NCBI GenBank assembly: GCA_003482855.1
Contig: DMXO01000005.1
Coordinates: 227,719-291,718 of the forward strand
Direction of reading: 5' to 3'
Source: Candidatus Magasanikiibacteriota bacterium
GTDB lineage: Bacteria; Patescibacteriota; Patescibacteriia; Magasanikbacterales; UBA922
DNA length: 64,000 nucleotides
A program made the position numbers and the translations under genes. Positions 18,110-28,268 of the stretch are shown piece by piece (positions within the stretch are counted from its first letter, which is position 1; each line of letters starts with the position of its first letter). Under the pieces are notes generated by a model that was given only the letters and a program-made list of their open reading frames with translations, was not told the origin of the DNA and ran no database searches.

Positions 18110-18874
18110 ATGAAATTAGTTAGCATCATAATCCCCGTATATAATCGTACTGACAAATTTCGCAGTGCGTTATCTTCGGTTATTGCGCAAACGCATGAAA
18201 ACATAGAAATCATTGTAGTAGATGATGGTTCATTACCTCATGCTGTGGAATATACCATGCGAGATATGCTTAAATTTCAGAAATACGATGCGCAAAAAGA
18301 AGATAATCAAAATATTTTAGACCGAATAGAACATATCCAATATATTCGTCAAGAAAATAAAGGTGCTCCTTCAGCCCGTAATAAAGGTCTTGAGTTAGTA
18401 AAAGGCGAGTATGTTATTTTTTGGGATGCTGACGTAGTTGCGCAGCCAGATATGCTACAAAAAATGCTTGAAGTTTTTGAGAAGAATAATGAGGCGAGTT
18501 TTGTATATTGCAATTTTACGCTCATGCCGTTATCAAAAAAAATGAAAGGACAAAAATTTAATGTTGAGGAATTACAAAAAAATAATTATATACATACCAC
18601 AAGTCTTATACGTAGAAAAGATGTAATTAAATGGGACGAATCGTTAAAGCGTTTTCAGGATTGGGATTTATGGCTTAGTATGATAGAAAAAGGTAAAAAA
18701 GGTATATGGATTGATGAATATCTTTTTCATGTTATAGGTGGAGGAACTATGAGCAGTTGGCTGCCAAGTTTCACATACAAAAAACCATGGTCGTATTTAC
18801 CATGGATAAAATCACGCGTGAAAAAATATCTTGAAGCAAGAGAGGTTATTTTGAAAAAACACAAGATATTGTGA
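18110..18874 (+). CDS. GT2-family glycosyltransferase
   Basis: 'VSIIIPVYN', 'VDDGS', 'ARNKG', DAD, 'QDWDLW'. Confidence 0.93.
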   Translation: MKLVSIIIPVYNRTDKFRSALSSVIAQTHENIEIIVVDDGSLPHAVEYTMRDMLKFQKYDAQKEDNQNILDRIEHIQYIRQENKGAPSARNKGLELVKGEYVIFWDADVVAQPDMLQKMLEVFEKNNEASFVYCNFTLMPLSKKMKGQKFNVEELQKNNYIHTTSLIRRKDVIKWDESLKRFQDWDLWLSMIEKGKKGIWIDEYLFHVIGGGTMSSWLPSFTYKKPWSYLPWIKSRVKKYLEAREVILKKHKIL

Positions 18875-18921
18875 TACTAGGATATTTTGGTATGGGATAA
18901 TATCTTGATATTCTAATATCT

Positions 18922-20412
18922 TTATTGTGTTTTTAACTTGTTGAATATTCTATAGAGTGTTGTTACCACTTCGTCAAATATAGTTATTGGTTTGCCAACA
19001 AACGCCATGACGAATGCAAGATAAAATATTCCAAGTACATGATATAACGCAGGAGCTGTGATATTGGTGATAAGGAGAGCAATGATACCCCCGAGAAGGC
19101 CAATATAAAAGTCATGATAATCCGAAATAGATCGGATTTTTTTTATGAGTTCATGTATGAGCACAATAACTACCAACAGAAGCGCAAGAGAACCAAACAG
19201 GCCAAGTTCTGCGAGCATTTCGAGGTAGCCCCAATCAAAATGTCGTGTAGTAATTTGAGCATAGGTATATGGATTGATGTATGTGAGCGTAGCTCCCAAA
19301 CCACTACCAATTATAGGATGTGCTTTGATCATCGCAAAGATAGGCGAGAGAAGCACTGTTCGGGTATTGGTGCTGATTTCAGTTTCAGGCAATACCATGC
19401 TTCCTATACGCACACCCGCGATTTCTAAGCCAAGACTTTTGCCCATACTTGATGCTATATTTATCGACATAAATATGAGTATCATCATTGCAATACTCCA
19501 CAGTGATACAATGAACCAACGTCGTAGCAGGTGTTTGTATTTGAGAAATAATAATCCTACGATGAATCCAAGGAGGTATGCGCGTGAAAAATTGAGTGCG
19601 AGGACAATTGTTCCAGAAAAAAACAAAAATCTCCACATGCGATTGTGCTTTTCATTACGCATGAGCAATGCACAAATGATGAGAAGAAGTGGCGGAATGA
19701 GCAAGTGTTCAGGCAATACAATGCGATAAAAGAAATCAGTTACATAGGTTATCTTGCCCATAGCGATATCACGAAACCATGTATAGAAGACCCCGTGAAT
19801 TTCCGCTTGTTTGGTGACAAAAAGTACAAAAGTGAAAAGAGAAAATAGAGCTGAACCTATGAGAAATACAATGATAAGTCGGATAAAATAATGTAGTGTT
19901 TTTTCATCTCTAAATAAATGGAAGGCTGGCAAAAGTAATACAAAAAATACGAAAGGGATAAGATCCTGTATAACACTTGCTGTTGAATGGCCATTGAAAA
20001 TACCTACACCAGACGCAATAATGAGCATTACAGTAAGGGGTAAGAGAACATAATATAGTCTATGGGATATATATATTTTGAATGTATCTGAAGTGGGGTT
20101 ACTGAGCGAATATCCAAGCCACAGAAATGAAAATACAATGAGCAAAACAGTGCGAATAGAGAGTCCAAAAAATTCAAACAAGTGTCCAGATCCACCAAGT
20201 GACAATTCTCCGAGTATGATCATCCATGCATGATTTGGATTTTTAAAAAAAGTAAGCCCCAATACGAAGACAAGGACAAATACTATAATTGCTTGGAGAA
20301 TGGCGTGAGGGGCAATATAGAATGATAGGAGTCTAACGCCCCCAAAAATAAGCAGAAGTAGTAGTGTTTGCCAATTTTTGAAAATTGAATGCATGGACAA
20401 TCGTTCCTCCAT
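18922..20412 (-). CDS. O-antigen ligase/polymerase (WaaL/Wzy_C)-like membrane protein
   Basis: About 12 TM; 'NFSRA', 'HPIIGSGLG', 'H..YLEMLAELGLFG'. Confidence 0.8.
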   Translation of the reverse strand: MEERLSMHSIFKNWQTLLLLLIFGGVRLLSFYIAPHAILQAIIVFVLVFVLGLTFFKNPNHAWMIILGELSLGGSGHLFEFFGLSIRTVLLIVFSFLWLGYSLSNPTSDTFKIYISHRLYYVLLPLTVMLIIASGVGIFNGHSTASVIQDLIPFVFFVLLLPAFHLFRDEKTLHYFIRLIIVFLIGSALFSLFTFVLFVTKQAEIHGVFYTWFRDIAMGKITYVTDFFYRIVLPEHLLIPPLLLIICALLMRNEKHNRMWRFLFFSGTIVLALNFSRAYLLGFIVGLLFLKYKHLLRRWFIVSLWSIAMMILIFMSINIASSMGKSLGLEIAGVRIGSMVLPETEISTNTRTVLLSPIFAMIKAHPIIGSGLGATLTYINPYTYAQITTRHFDWGYLEMLAELGLFGSLALLLVVIVLIHELIKKIRSISDYHDFYIGLLGGIIALLITNITAPALYHVLGIFYLAFVMAFVGKPITIFDEVVTTLYRIFNKLKTQ

Positions 20413-20416
20413 AGTT

Positions 20417-21337
20417 TCAACGTAAATTATAGCCAGAAATATTTTTGTATCCGTTCAAGAATGTTTTGATATCCATTTTCGGTTTTCCTTCGAGTTGTAA
20501 TTCAAACACTTGGATTGAAGAATCTTTGGTACCAATGCGGAGTATATCATGTTCTACAATGACTTTGCTAGGAATAATCTGTTTTTGTGTAGGCTTGATA
20601 TCAAGTAATTTCAAACGTTTGTCTCCCCATAATGTCCAAACACCCGGCCATGGCGTGAATGCGCGGAATTGATTATAGATTTCTTGTGATGTTTTATTCC
20701 AATCAATATGTCCATCATCGCGTGAAAGTTGTTTGCATGTGGTAGCTTTTGAATCATCTTGGGGTACTGGGTTCAGTTTGCCTTCAATATACTGTGGAAC
20801 AGCTTCCTCAAGCCCTTGTAAGCCTAGTACAGCGAGCTTTTTATCCAAGTCAGTATAAGTGTCATCTGGATCAATAGTAAGCAGTTTTTGAAGCAAAATA
20901 GGGCCAGTGTCTAGACCAATATCCATTTTCATAATCGTAACGCCTGTCTCATGTTCGCCATTCAAAAGCGCAGATTGGATAGGGGAGGCACCACGATATT
21001 TAGGTAATAGAGACGTATGGACGTTGATAGTACCATGTTGAGGCGCATTTAAAATGTGGGGTGGAATGAGGAGACCATATTGGGCGACGATAAATAGGTC
21101 GTAGGTTTTAGGTTTTAGGTTATAGGTTTTTAAAGATGACGGTTGGCCAATAGAGAGATTATTTTTTTCTGCAAGTAATTTAACAGGAGATGCTTGGAGT
21201 TCTTGTTTGCGACCTACTGGGCGGTCGGGTTGGGTGATGACAATCTCAATATCAAATAAAGGACTGTCGATGAGTCCTTGCAAAATAGTTGTGGCGAAGT
21301 CGTGGGTGCCGAAGAAAATAATTTTCATAATTTTCAA
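20417..21337 (-). CDS. fmt: Methionyl-tRNA formyltransferase
   Basis: 'IFFGT..FA', 'TQPDRPVGR', 'NVHTSLLPKYRGASPIQ', 'GLDTGP'. Confidence 0.97.
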   Translation of the reverse strand: MKIMKIIFFGTHDFATTILQGLIDSPLFDIEIVITQPDRPVGRKQELQASPVKLLAEKNNLSIGQPSSLKTYNLKPKTYDLFIVAQYGLLIPPHILNAPQHGTINVHTSLLPKYRGASPIQSALLNGEHETGVTIMKMDIGLDTGPILLQKLLTIDPDDTYTDLDKKLAVLGLQGLEEAVPQYIEGKLNPVPQDDSKATTCKQLSRDDGHIDWNKTSQEIYNQFRAFTPWPGVWTLWGDKRLKLLDIKPTQKQIIPSKVIVEHDILRIGTKDSSIQVFELQLEGKPKMDIKTFLNGYKNISGYNLR

Positions 21338-21365
21338 ACAATTTTGAAAATTCGTAAATTAGTAA

Positions 21366-21842
21366 TTAATCAATCGTATAAATACCTTTTGCTTTATCAA
21401 TAAACAAAATTCCATCTAAATGATCAACCTCATGTTGTATAACACGAGCAAAGAAATCATGTGCTTCAAACTTTATTTCCTTTCCTGATTTGTCGAGCGC
21501 ATTGACCACAATATCTTTGTAACGACTGACGCGTCCAAATGTTTTTGGCACAGATAGACATCCTTCTACATCAATTAATTTTTTTCTGCTCAATTTTGTC
21601 CATATCGGATTAACAAGTACAAGGTCATCAACTTTTTCTGGTGTAGCTTCTTTACCAATGATACAGAGTCTAATATTTTTTCCGACTTGTGGTGCAGCAA
21701 GGCCTATACCGTCACTTGTATACATTATAGGAATCATTTCTTTCGTAAGTTCTTGGATTTCTTTGGATAACAAAATATCTGGGTCAAGTTCTTTTGATCG
21801 CGTGCGGAGAATTTTATTTGGGAGTGTAACTATTGATAACAT
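21366..21842 (-). CDS. def: Peptide deformylase
   Basis: GIGLAAPQ, EGCLS, QHEVDHL. Confidence 0.97.
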   Translation of the reverse strand: MLSIVTLPNKILRTRSKELDPDILLSKEIQELTKEMIPIMYTSDGIGLAAPQVGKNIRLCIIGKEATPEKVDDLVLVNPIWTKLSRKKLIDVEGCLSVPKTFGRVSRYKDIVVNALDKSGKEIKFEAHDFFARVIQHEVDHLDGILFIDKAKGIYTID

Positions 21843-21881
21843 ATACAATAATATAAACGATCAACGAGCAACTGACAACAA

Positions 21882-22199
21882 TCAAGTAAGTTGTTTGCTG
21901 TTTGTTGATGGTTGTTCGTCGCTCCCAGGCTCGGGCCTAGAGTCCCTTGCTCGCTGACTGCTTTTCCATACAAATAGCTTTCCTGGGTTAGATGGATTTG
22001 ATTCCTGTATTTCCCCAAAAATTTGACGTGCGCGCTGTACACCAATTCGTTTGATAACACCAAGATACATTCCAAATTTTTTGCGTTCACCAAAAGCACT
22101 TGATATGACATCAGCCCAATAATGTGCTTCAGAATGAATATGTTTGTTTCGTGGCTTGTCTAGGGTTTTATCACCCAAGATTTTTGATATACCATCCAT
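21882..22199 (-). CDS. Hypothetical protein
   Basis: Co-oriented 105-aa ORF filling the gap; C-terminus runs into a heptamer repeat. Confidence 0.7.
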   Translation of the reverse strand: MDGISKILGDKTLDKPRNKHIHSEAHYWADVISSAFGERKKFGMYLGVIKRIGVQRARQIFGEIQESNPSNPGKLFVWKSSQRARDSRPEPGSDEQPSTNSKQLT

Positions 22200-22224
22200 A
22201 GTTATATACTAAAGAATGGCTTAT

Positions 22225-23019
22225 TTAAGCAAAATCAAAGACTCCTGTCAAGTATCCTACCCCAAAAGGAGCTTCATATGCATAATTTTTGAACGTATAG
22301 TCTATATTTTGAAGAGCGCCAAGTAAAATAAGCAGTGACCTATAGCCACATTCAGCTGCCTCATTTACAAATTTTTGATCCATTTGCATAATGCCAGTGG
22401 TATTATGTGCTTCGAGTAGCTGTATAATTTTATCATCAAATTCTTTGCCTACTTTGCTAAATCCTGCTGGCGCGTCAGTAGTCAGTCCATGAGATAGATC
22501 TCCAGAGGCAATGAGAGCAACACGTTTGTCTGAATCCATAAACGCATTTTTGAGAAGATATCCAAATGCGAGGTGCGATTTTGCATCGAGACCGCTATAG
22601 CCAATCGGCAAAATTTTTACATCTGGCATGTGTGTGGCAAGAAAATGAAGTGGCACTCCAACGCCATGGTCTATATGGTCATCGCTTATGAGCCGGACAG
22701 GTATACGTTCTTCCATTGCTATATGTCCAATGTGTGCAGACATGTCAGGAGCTCCCTTCCATTCATTGCGTGTGGTGTGATCTCCAAACTCTTCGAATGA
22801 CGAAATAAAGCGTGTGTGTGCATTGAGCGTAAATGCATCGTCGTACAGTTGTCCGTGAGGAGAGATGATAGCTATGACATGAGGTTTGCTCAAATAGAGT
22901 TCCTCTTCAACTTTTGCAAAAGCTTGTTGTGTTTTTTTTAGTTTTTCTATTTCTTCTTTGCCGATTGATGGGAGAAGTATAGGTGGGTGCGGTGTGGTAG
23001 CCGCAAATACGAGAGGCAT
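22225..23019 (-). CDS. MEMO/LigB-like (AmmeMemoRadiSam protein B-type) protein
   Basis: 'PHPP', 'ISPH', 'DHG', 'ASGDLSH', 'ECG', 'YEAPFGVGY'. Confidence 0.85.
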   Translation of the reverse strand: MPLVFAATTPHPPILLPSIGKEEIEKLKKTQQAFAKVEEELYLSKPHVIAIISPHGQLYDDAFTLNAHTRFISSFEEFGDHTTRNEWKGAPDMSAHIGHIAMEERIPVRLISDDHIDHGVGVPLHFLATHMPDVKILPIGYSGLDAKSHLAFGYLLKNAFMDSDKRVALIASGDLSHGLTTDAPAGFSKVGKEFDDKIIQLLEAHNTTGIMQMDQKFVNEAAECGYRSLLILLGALQNIDYTFKNYAYEAPFGVGYLTGVFDFA

Positions 23020-23048
23020 AGAATTATATTATAGTATTATATATATGA

Positions 23049-25328
23049 TTAAAGTGTTTGCATTGCCCAATTAGATAACATCTCAAATTCGTTGAATCGT
23101 GTATTTTTGCCAAAATCAGGGTTACCCATGGCAATGATGACGAATTCTTTTCCATCGTTGTTTCTTTTCACGCGCATGGCGAGGCATGTGCCTGCTTCAT
23201 AGAGGAAACCGGTTTTGCTTGCAATAACTGTGTAAGGGAGCCCTGTCTTTGCCATGAGATAATTGCTATTGGTATCAGCATGGTCTGGTTTGCCATCTAG
23301 ATCTGTCAACTCTGTATAAGTGTATGATGTAGCACCTAGGTAGGTATGCATGGTCGTATCATTAGATGCTTTTGAAAATATAGTCAGATAATCACGAGCT
23401 GTGGTAACATTTTTTACATCAAGACCTGAAGTATCTGCAAAGGTCGTATGAGATAGTCCCCAATTTTTTGCTTGATTATTCATCCGTGCAATGAATGCAT
23501 CCTCTTGATTTGAATTAGTATTTACGAGCATGCGTGAAGGAGTATTGAGAGACGAAACAAGCATCGCATACATGAGATCCTGATTGAGCACGCGTTCTCC
23601 TGCAGCGATACGATATGTATGATATGAGGCTTTGTGTTGATTTGGATCGTATGTGGTAGATTGATTGAGGTTGATACCATCAAGCAAAAGTTGGTAGCCA
23701 GTCATGACTTTGGTAAGGGAAGCCATGGGACGTTCGAAGTCTATATTTTTGCCTGCCAGTATCTCTTGGGTACTATAATCAGCCACGAGATAAGTCTCCA
23801 TATTTGTCTCGAATTGAGGTCCGACATAGCTGAGTTCAGTTACGGAGGTTTTTACCATATAGTCTACAGGGTTGGTTGAATTTGTTTCTTTTGGGTCAGT
23901 TTCTTCTGAAGCTGTATTATTGGCAGTACTGTCTGTAGATATAAGCGTGGTATCATCTGATGTATTTGAGGTCTCTGGTTTTATAGACATAGGAGTTCCT
24001 GTATCGTGTGCCATGCCTGCAAATTGGTTGAGCCAGACAACATTACTCCAATTGTAACCGAGTCCTTCAAATATTTCTTCTGAGGCAATATGTCTCTTCT
24101 TTCCTTTTTCTACCACATAGATTTTGTTGTGTTCCTTTACTCCAAAGAGCGTACCATCTTTGAGGAGTATTGGATCGCCGAGAGATAGGGTATCGAAGTC
24201 TTCAAAATGAGCTTTTTCTATAGTGAGATTAGGGAAATTTATTTTTGCAATAATTTCATCATATATTGGATAATACATGTTTCCTTGTATATAAAATAAT
24301 TCTTTTGTTTCGGAGATGCGTACAACACGACCAAGTGGATTGCTTTGCTCTGCCGTAATGGTTGAACCAAAAGTATATGAATTGAGATCAGACGCGGTAA
24401 CATCTATTACTTCGTCAGGATTGTAGCCAAGTTGTCTCACTACATCATAACTTGCAAATGGACGTTTGTAATCATAATCAAGTAAATAATATGATCCTTG
24501 TTCTTTTACAATCGCGTAGTTTGGCAGTGAGATAGTGCCTATATTTTCATATCGAGCTAGTTCAGATGCGGGTATAGTGACAATCATGTTTGGATTGTAT
24601 CGGGTCAAGAGAGATGTCATATTTTCAAATTTTCTCTTTTTTCCACCTTGGATAAGGTATACTGAAGGATCATTGGTAGTTTTGGCCAGTGTACCATCCG
24701 GATATATTTGGTCAAACCATCGTTGCCATAAATTCCAAAAGTTTTCATTCCCATGTAAATGTGGCGTGTATGAATAGAGAAAACCTGTTGCGTTGCTTGT
24801 GGGTGTCACTTGTGTGTCGTCAATAGTGTAGGTGACATTGGCCCGTTTGATCCAATTCTCGGCATACATATGTTCGTAATACCAACGCATGATTCCTGCA
24901 GCACGATCAACTTGAATACCAAAACCCTTGTATTTTTGTATATCTGGGTCTGACATACTACATGAATCACATACTCCGTAGCCAGTTGCCCAATCAAGTT
25001 GTTTGTCTGTAGGATCTGGAGCAGTGACAAGACTTTGCTCTTTCTGAAGTTTTACCAGTAGATATTTGGGATTTATTTTACTTTCCTGAGCTGCCCGGTA
25101 AATGATATCTGATGCTTTTCGTGTAGTACCTTCCCAATCCAAAGCATGGTAATTTGATATATAGCCTCCTTTTTCTTCGAGAAATGCTTGTATATCTGAT
25201 CGGGTCATGGATTGGTAATTTTGCATTTCTTCGTCAGAAATAATAAAGTTTGGGTCAAAATCGGCTGCCAACAATACTTGTGGTGATAATAACAAAATTA
25301 ATACTAAAATAGTGAAAAAATTCTTCAT
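23049..25328 (-). CDS. Secreted multidomain S11 D-Ala-D-Ala peptidase
   Basis: Signal peptide; C-terminal SLTK, SLN and KTG motifs; central repeats; N-terminal lysozyme-like region. Confidence 0.85.
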   Translation of the reverse strand: MKNFFTILVLILLLSPQVLLAADFDPNFIISDEEMQNYQSMTRSDIQAFLEEKGGYISNYHALDWEGTTRKASDIIYRAAQESKINPKYLLVKLQKEQSLVTAPDPTDKQLDWATGYGVCDSCSMSDPDIQKYKGFGIQVDRAAGIMRWYYEHMYAENWIKRANVTYTIDDTQVTPTSNATGFLYSYTPHLHGNENFWNLWQRWFDQIYPDGTLAKTTNDPSVYLIQGGKKRKFENMTSLLTRYNPNMIVTIPASELARYENIGTISLPNYAIVKEQGSYYLLDYDYKRPFASYDVVRQLGYNPDEVIDVTASDLNSYTFGSTITAEQSNPLGRVVRISETKELFYIQGNMYYPIYDEIIAKINFPNLTIEKAHFEDFDTLSLGDPILLKDGTLFGVKEHNKIYVVEKGKKRHIASEEIFEGLGYNWSNVVWLNQFAGMAHDTGTPMSIKPETSNTSDDTTLISTDSTANNTASEETDPKETNSTNPVDYMVKTSVTELSYVGPQFETNMETYLVADYSTQEILAGKNIDFERPMASLTKVMTGYQLLLDGINLNQSTTYDPNQHKASYHTYRIAAGERVLNQDLMYAMLVSSLNTPSRMLVNTNSNQEDAFIARMNNQAKNWGLSHTTFADTSGLDVKNVTTARDYLTIFSKASNDTTMHTYLGATSYTYTELTDLDGKPDHADTNSNYLMAKTGLPYTVIASKTGFLYEAGTCLAMRVKRNNDGKEFVIIAMGNPDFGKNTRFNEFEMLSNWAMQTL

Positions 25329-25454
25329 AAAAGTATGTTAATTATACATGGATAAGTATATCATACATTGGCTTTTTGTATAAGGATGTATTTGTTTTTT
25401 TCTTTTTTTATTGGTCTGTTGCTTTTTTGGCTTATTTTGGTATAATTTTATCGT

Positions 25455-26126
25455 ATGAATTATGGCAAACTTTATATTGTTGCAACACCCATTGGTAATT
25501 TGGGTGATATTACATTACGCGCTTTGGAAACACTCAAAACTGTGGATATTATTTTGTGTGAAGATACGCGTGTTACGAGTAAATTATTAGCTCATTTTGA
25601 GATTAGCAAATCGCTTGTTAGTTATCATCATCATAGCGATGAAAAGAAAGTTAGTGAAATTAGAGAATTGCTTGAACAAGGGAAAAATATTGCATTGGTG
25701 ACAGATGCGGGTACGCCGGGAATTAGTGATCCGGGAAATCAATTGGTGAAGTTCATAGCCAATAGTTCACAGCCAATAGAAATTATACCTATTCCGGGAG
25801 TAAGTGCAGTAGTTACGGCTCTTAGTATTTCTGGCTTTCCGACAGACAAATTTTTGTTTCTTGGTTTTCCTCCGCATAAAAAAGGACGAAAGACTTTTTT
25901 TGAAAGTATTACTAATGCAGAACATACAGTTGTGTTTTATGAGTCAAGTCATAGAATCAAAAAATGTCTTAGCGAATTAGCAAAAGTTTTGAAACTAGAG
26001 ATGAAGGTATGCATATGTAGAGAATTGACCAAAAAATTTGAAACAGTATATCGTGGTACTGTTGGTGGTATTGGAGACATGCGGGTTTTGGAAAAAGGAG
26101 AATTTGTCATTTTGGTTTCTAATTGA
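25455..26126 (+). CDS. rsmI: 16S rRNA C1402 2'-O-methyltransferase
   Basis: 'ATPIGNLGDIT', 'CEDTR', 'DAGTPGISDPG', 'RELTKKFE'. Confidence 0.97.
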   Translation: MNYGKLYIVATPIGNLGDITLRALETLKTVDIILCEDTRVTSKLLAHFEISKSLVSYHHHSDEKKVSEIRELLEQGKNIALVTDAGTPGISDPGNQLVKFIANSSQPIEIIPIPGVSAVVTALSISGFPTDKFLFLGFPPHKKGRKTFFESITNAEHTVVFYESSHRIKKCLSELAKVLKLEMKVCICRELTKKFETVYRGTVGGIGDMRVLEKGEFVILVSN

Positions 26127-26131
26127 ATTAT

Positions 26132-27658
26132 ATGAAAAAAACTTTTTATATCTCAACAGCAATTCCTTATGTTAATGCAAAGCCTCATATAGGTCATGCT
26201 TTGGAGTATGTACAAACAGATGCACTTGCACGTTATCAGCGACTCCTGGGGAAAGATGTTTTCTTTTTGTCAGGCACGGATGAAAATTCTCTCAAAAATG
26301 TGCAAGCTGCCGAAAAAGCTGGTGTGAGTACAAAAAATTTTGTTGATGAACATTATACATTTTTTTATAATTTTAAAGATGCACTCGACATATCATTTGA
26401 TGACTTCATTCGAACTACGGAACAAAGGCATTTTGATGGTGCACAAAAATTGTGGTCTTTATTCAAAAAAGAAGATGTAGAGAAGCGGGCATACAAGGGA
26501 CTGTATTGTGTAGGTTGTGAAGCATTTTACAAAGAAGATGAACTTGTGGATGGCAAATGCCCTGATCACAAGACAGTGCCAGAAGTTGTTGAAGAGGAAA
26601 ATTGGTTTTTTAAACTTTCTCATTATCAAGATGAACTTAAAAAACTTATAGAAAAAGATATCATAAAGATTACACCTGAATTTCGTAAGAATGAATGGCT
26701 TGCTTTTGTTGATCGGGGACTTGAGGATTTTAGCATTTCACGCTCACAAGAGCGTGCACATGGGTGGGGAGTACCAGTACCCAAGGATGAAGGGCAGATT
26801 ATGTATGTGTGGGTAGATGCGCTCTCAAATTATATTACTGCGCTTAATTTCGCAGACGATGGTGAATTGTACAAAAAATATTGGCAAACATGTGAAGATA
26901 GAGTGCATGTCATTGGCAAAGGCATTGGCAAGTTTCATGTTTTGTATTGGCCAGCGATGTTATTGTCAGCAGGTATTCCATTACCGACAGAAGTATTTAT
27001 CCACGGCTATGTGACAGCAGAAGGGGAGAAGATAAGCAAAAGTCTGGGCAATGTGGTAGATCCCTATGAAGTAGTAGAGAAATATGGTACTGACGCTGTA
27101 CGTTATTATTTGCTCGGGGCTATTTCATCTACACAAGATGGTGATTTTTCTGTAGAACGTTTTGAAGAATTTTATACGGCGCATCTCGTGAATGGGGTGG
27201 GGAATTTGACGAGCAGAATTTTGACCATGTTAGAAAAATATAATGAAAGTATAATATCTGTTGTAAACAAAGAGACTTCAGACTTCAGACTTCAGACTTC
27301 AGACTTCTGGAAAAAGATTGAAGAAACACTACAATATTATAATTTTGAAGAATCAATTCATTCAATAAATAATTTTGTTGCGCAACTAGATGGTATTATT
27401 TCTGAACAAAAACCCTGGGAAAAAGCAAAAAATGGTGAAGACATTTCCGGATTGCTGTATCAGCTTGCAGAAGGTTTACGTCATATTGGTTTAGCCCTCT
27501 TGCCAATTATTCCTCAATCCGCAGAAAAGATTTTGAATCAACTTGGTATACAAGTGAGTGATTTGGAAAATTTAGAAATTGAAAGAGAGTGGGGGAGACT
27601 TGAACCTGAAACAAAAGTGAAGAAGGGAGAATTACTTTTTCAAAGATTGAATAAGTAA
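26132..27658 (+). CDS. metG: Methionine--tRNA ligase (short form)
   Basis: HIGH, Zn-knuckle CxxC, 'YVWVDAL', KISKS. Confidence 0.97.
   Translation: MKKTFYISTAIPYVNAKPHIGHALEYVQTDALARYQRLLGKDVFFLSGTDENSLKNVQAAEKAGVSTKNFVDEHYTFFYNFKDALDISFDDFIRTTEQRHFDGAQKLWSLFKKEDVEKRAYKGLYCVGCEAFYKEDELVDGKCPDHKTVPEVVEEENWFFKLSHYQDELKKLIEKDIIKITPEFRKNEWLAFVDRGLEDFSISRSQERAHGWGVPVPKDEGQIMYVWVDALSNYITALNFADDGELYKKYWQTCEDRVHVIGKGIGKFHVLYWPAMLLSAGIPLPTEVFIHGYVTAEGEKISKSLGNVVDPYEVVEKYGTDAVRYYLLGAISSTQDGDFSVERFEEFYTAHLVNGVGNLTSRILTMLEKYNESIISVVNKETSDFRLQTSDFWKKIEETLQYYNFEESIHSINNFVAQLDGIISEQKPWEKAKNGEDISGLLYQLAEGLRHIGLALLPIIPQSAEKILNQLGIQVSDLENLEIEREWGRLEPETKVKKGELLFQRLNK
27273..27307 (+). repeat. (AGACTTC)5 heptamer tandem repeat inside metG
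   Basis: Five exact copies, translating as part of ETSDFRLQTSDFW. Confidence 0.95.
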
Positions 27659-27720
27659 TTAGATATTGAGGAATTCAAAATTGTTTAAAAATTTAAAATT
27701 CGAAATTTAAAATTAATCCT

Positions 27721-28257
27721 ATGTCTCTCTTTGATATAGTTCTCCTCATCATAATCGGGGGATTCACCATGTTTGGATTTTGGTTTGGTTTTTTTCATAC
27801 ACTGGGATCTTTATTTGGTACGGTATTTGGTGCTTTTTTTGCGAGTCGTTTCTATGAACCGATGTCCCATTGGCTTGTGGGCATTACTGGCTGGAATGAA
27901 AATACATCACGTGTAGTCATGTTTATTATTGCTTTTTTTGTTATCAATAGACTTATCGGATTTGCGTTTTGGATTGTAGATAAATTTTTTAGCATTATTA
28001 CTCATTTGCCTTTTATCAAAGGGATTAATAGACTTCTCGGTTTTATTCTTGGTCTGCTTGAAGGAATGATAACTATAGGACTTGTAGTTTTTTTCGTTGA
28101 GCGAGTTCCATTGTCAGAAGGAATTATGGAATCTTTGTCTCACTCAGTTGTAGCTCCTATCGCAAGTGACATAGCTTCTATTTTGTGGCCACTTTTACCA
28201 AGCGCATTACAGATGCTTCAATCTACTATAGACTATGTAGGTAACACCGTATTATAA
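27721..28257 (+). CDS. cvpA: CvpA (colicin V production) family membrane protein
   Basis: 'DIVLLIII....GF..GF' and 'INRLLGFILG'. Confidence 0.85.
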   Translation: MSLFDIVLLIIIGGFTMFGFWFGFFHTLGSLFGTVFGAFFASRFYEPMSHWLVGITGWNENTSRVVMFIIAFFVINRLIGFAFWIVDKFFSIITHLPFIKGINRLLGFILGLLEGMITIGLVVFFVERVPLSEGIMESLSHSVVAPIASDIASILWPLLPSALQMLQSTIDYVGNTVL

Positions 28258-28268
28258 GAAAGAATTTT

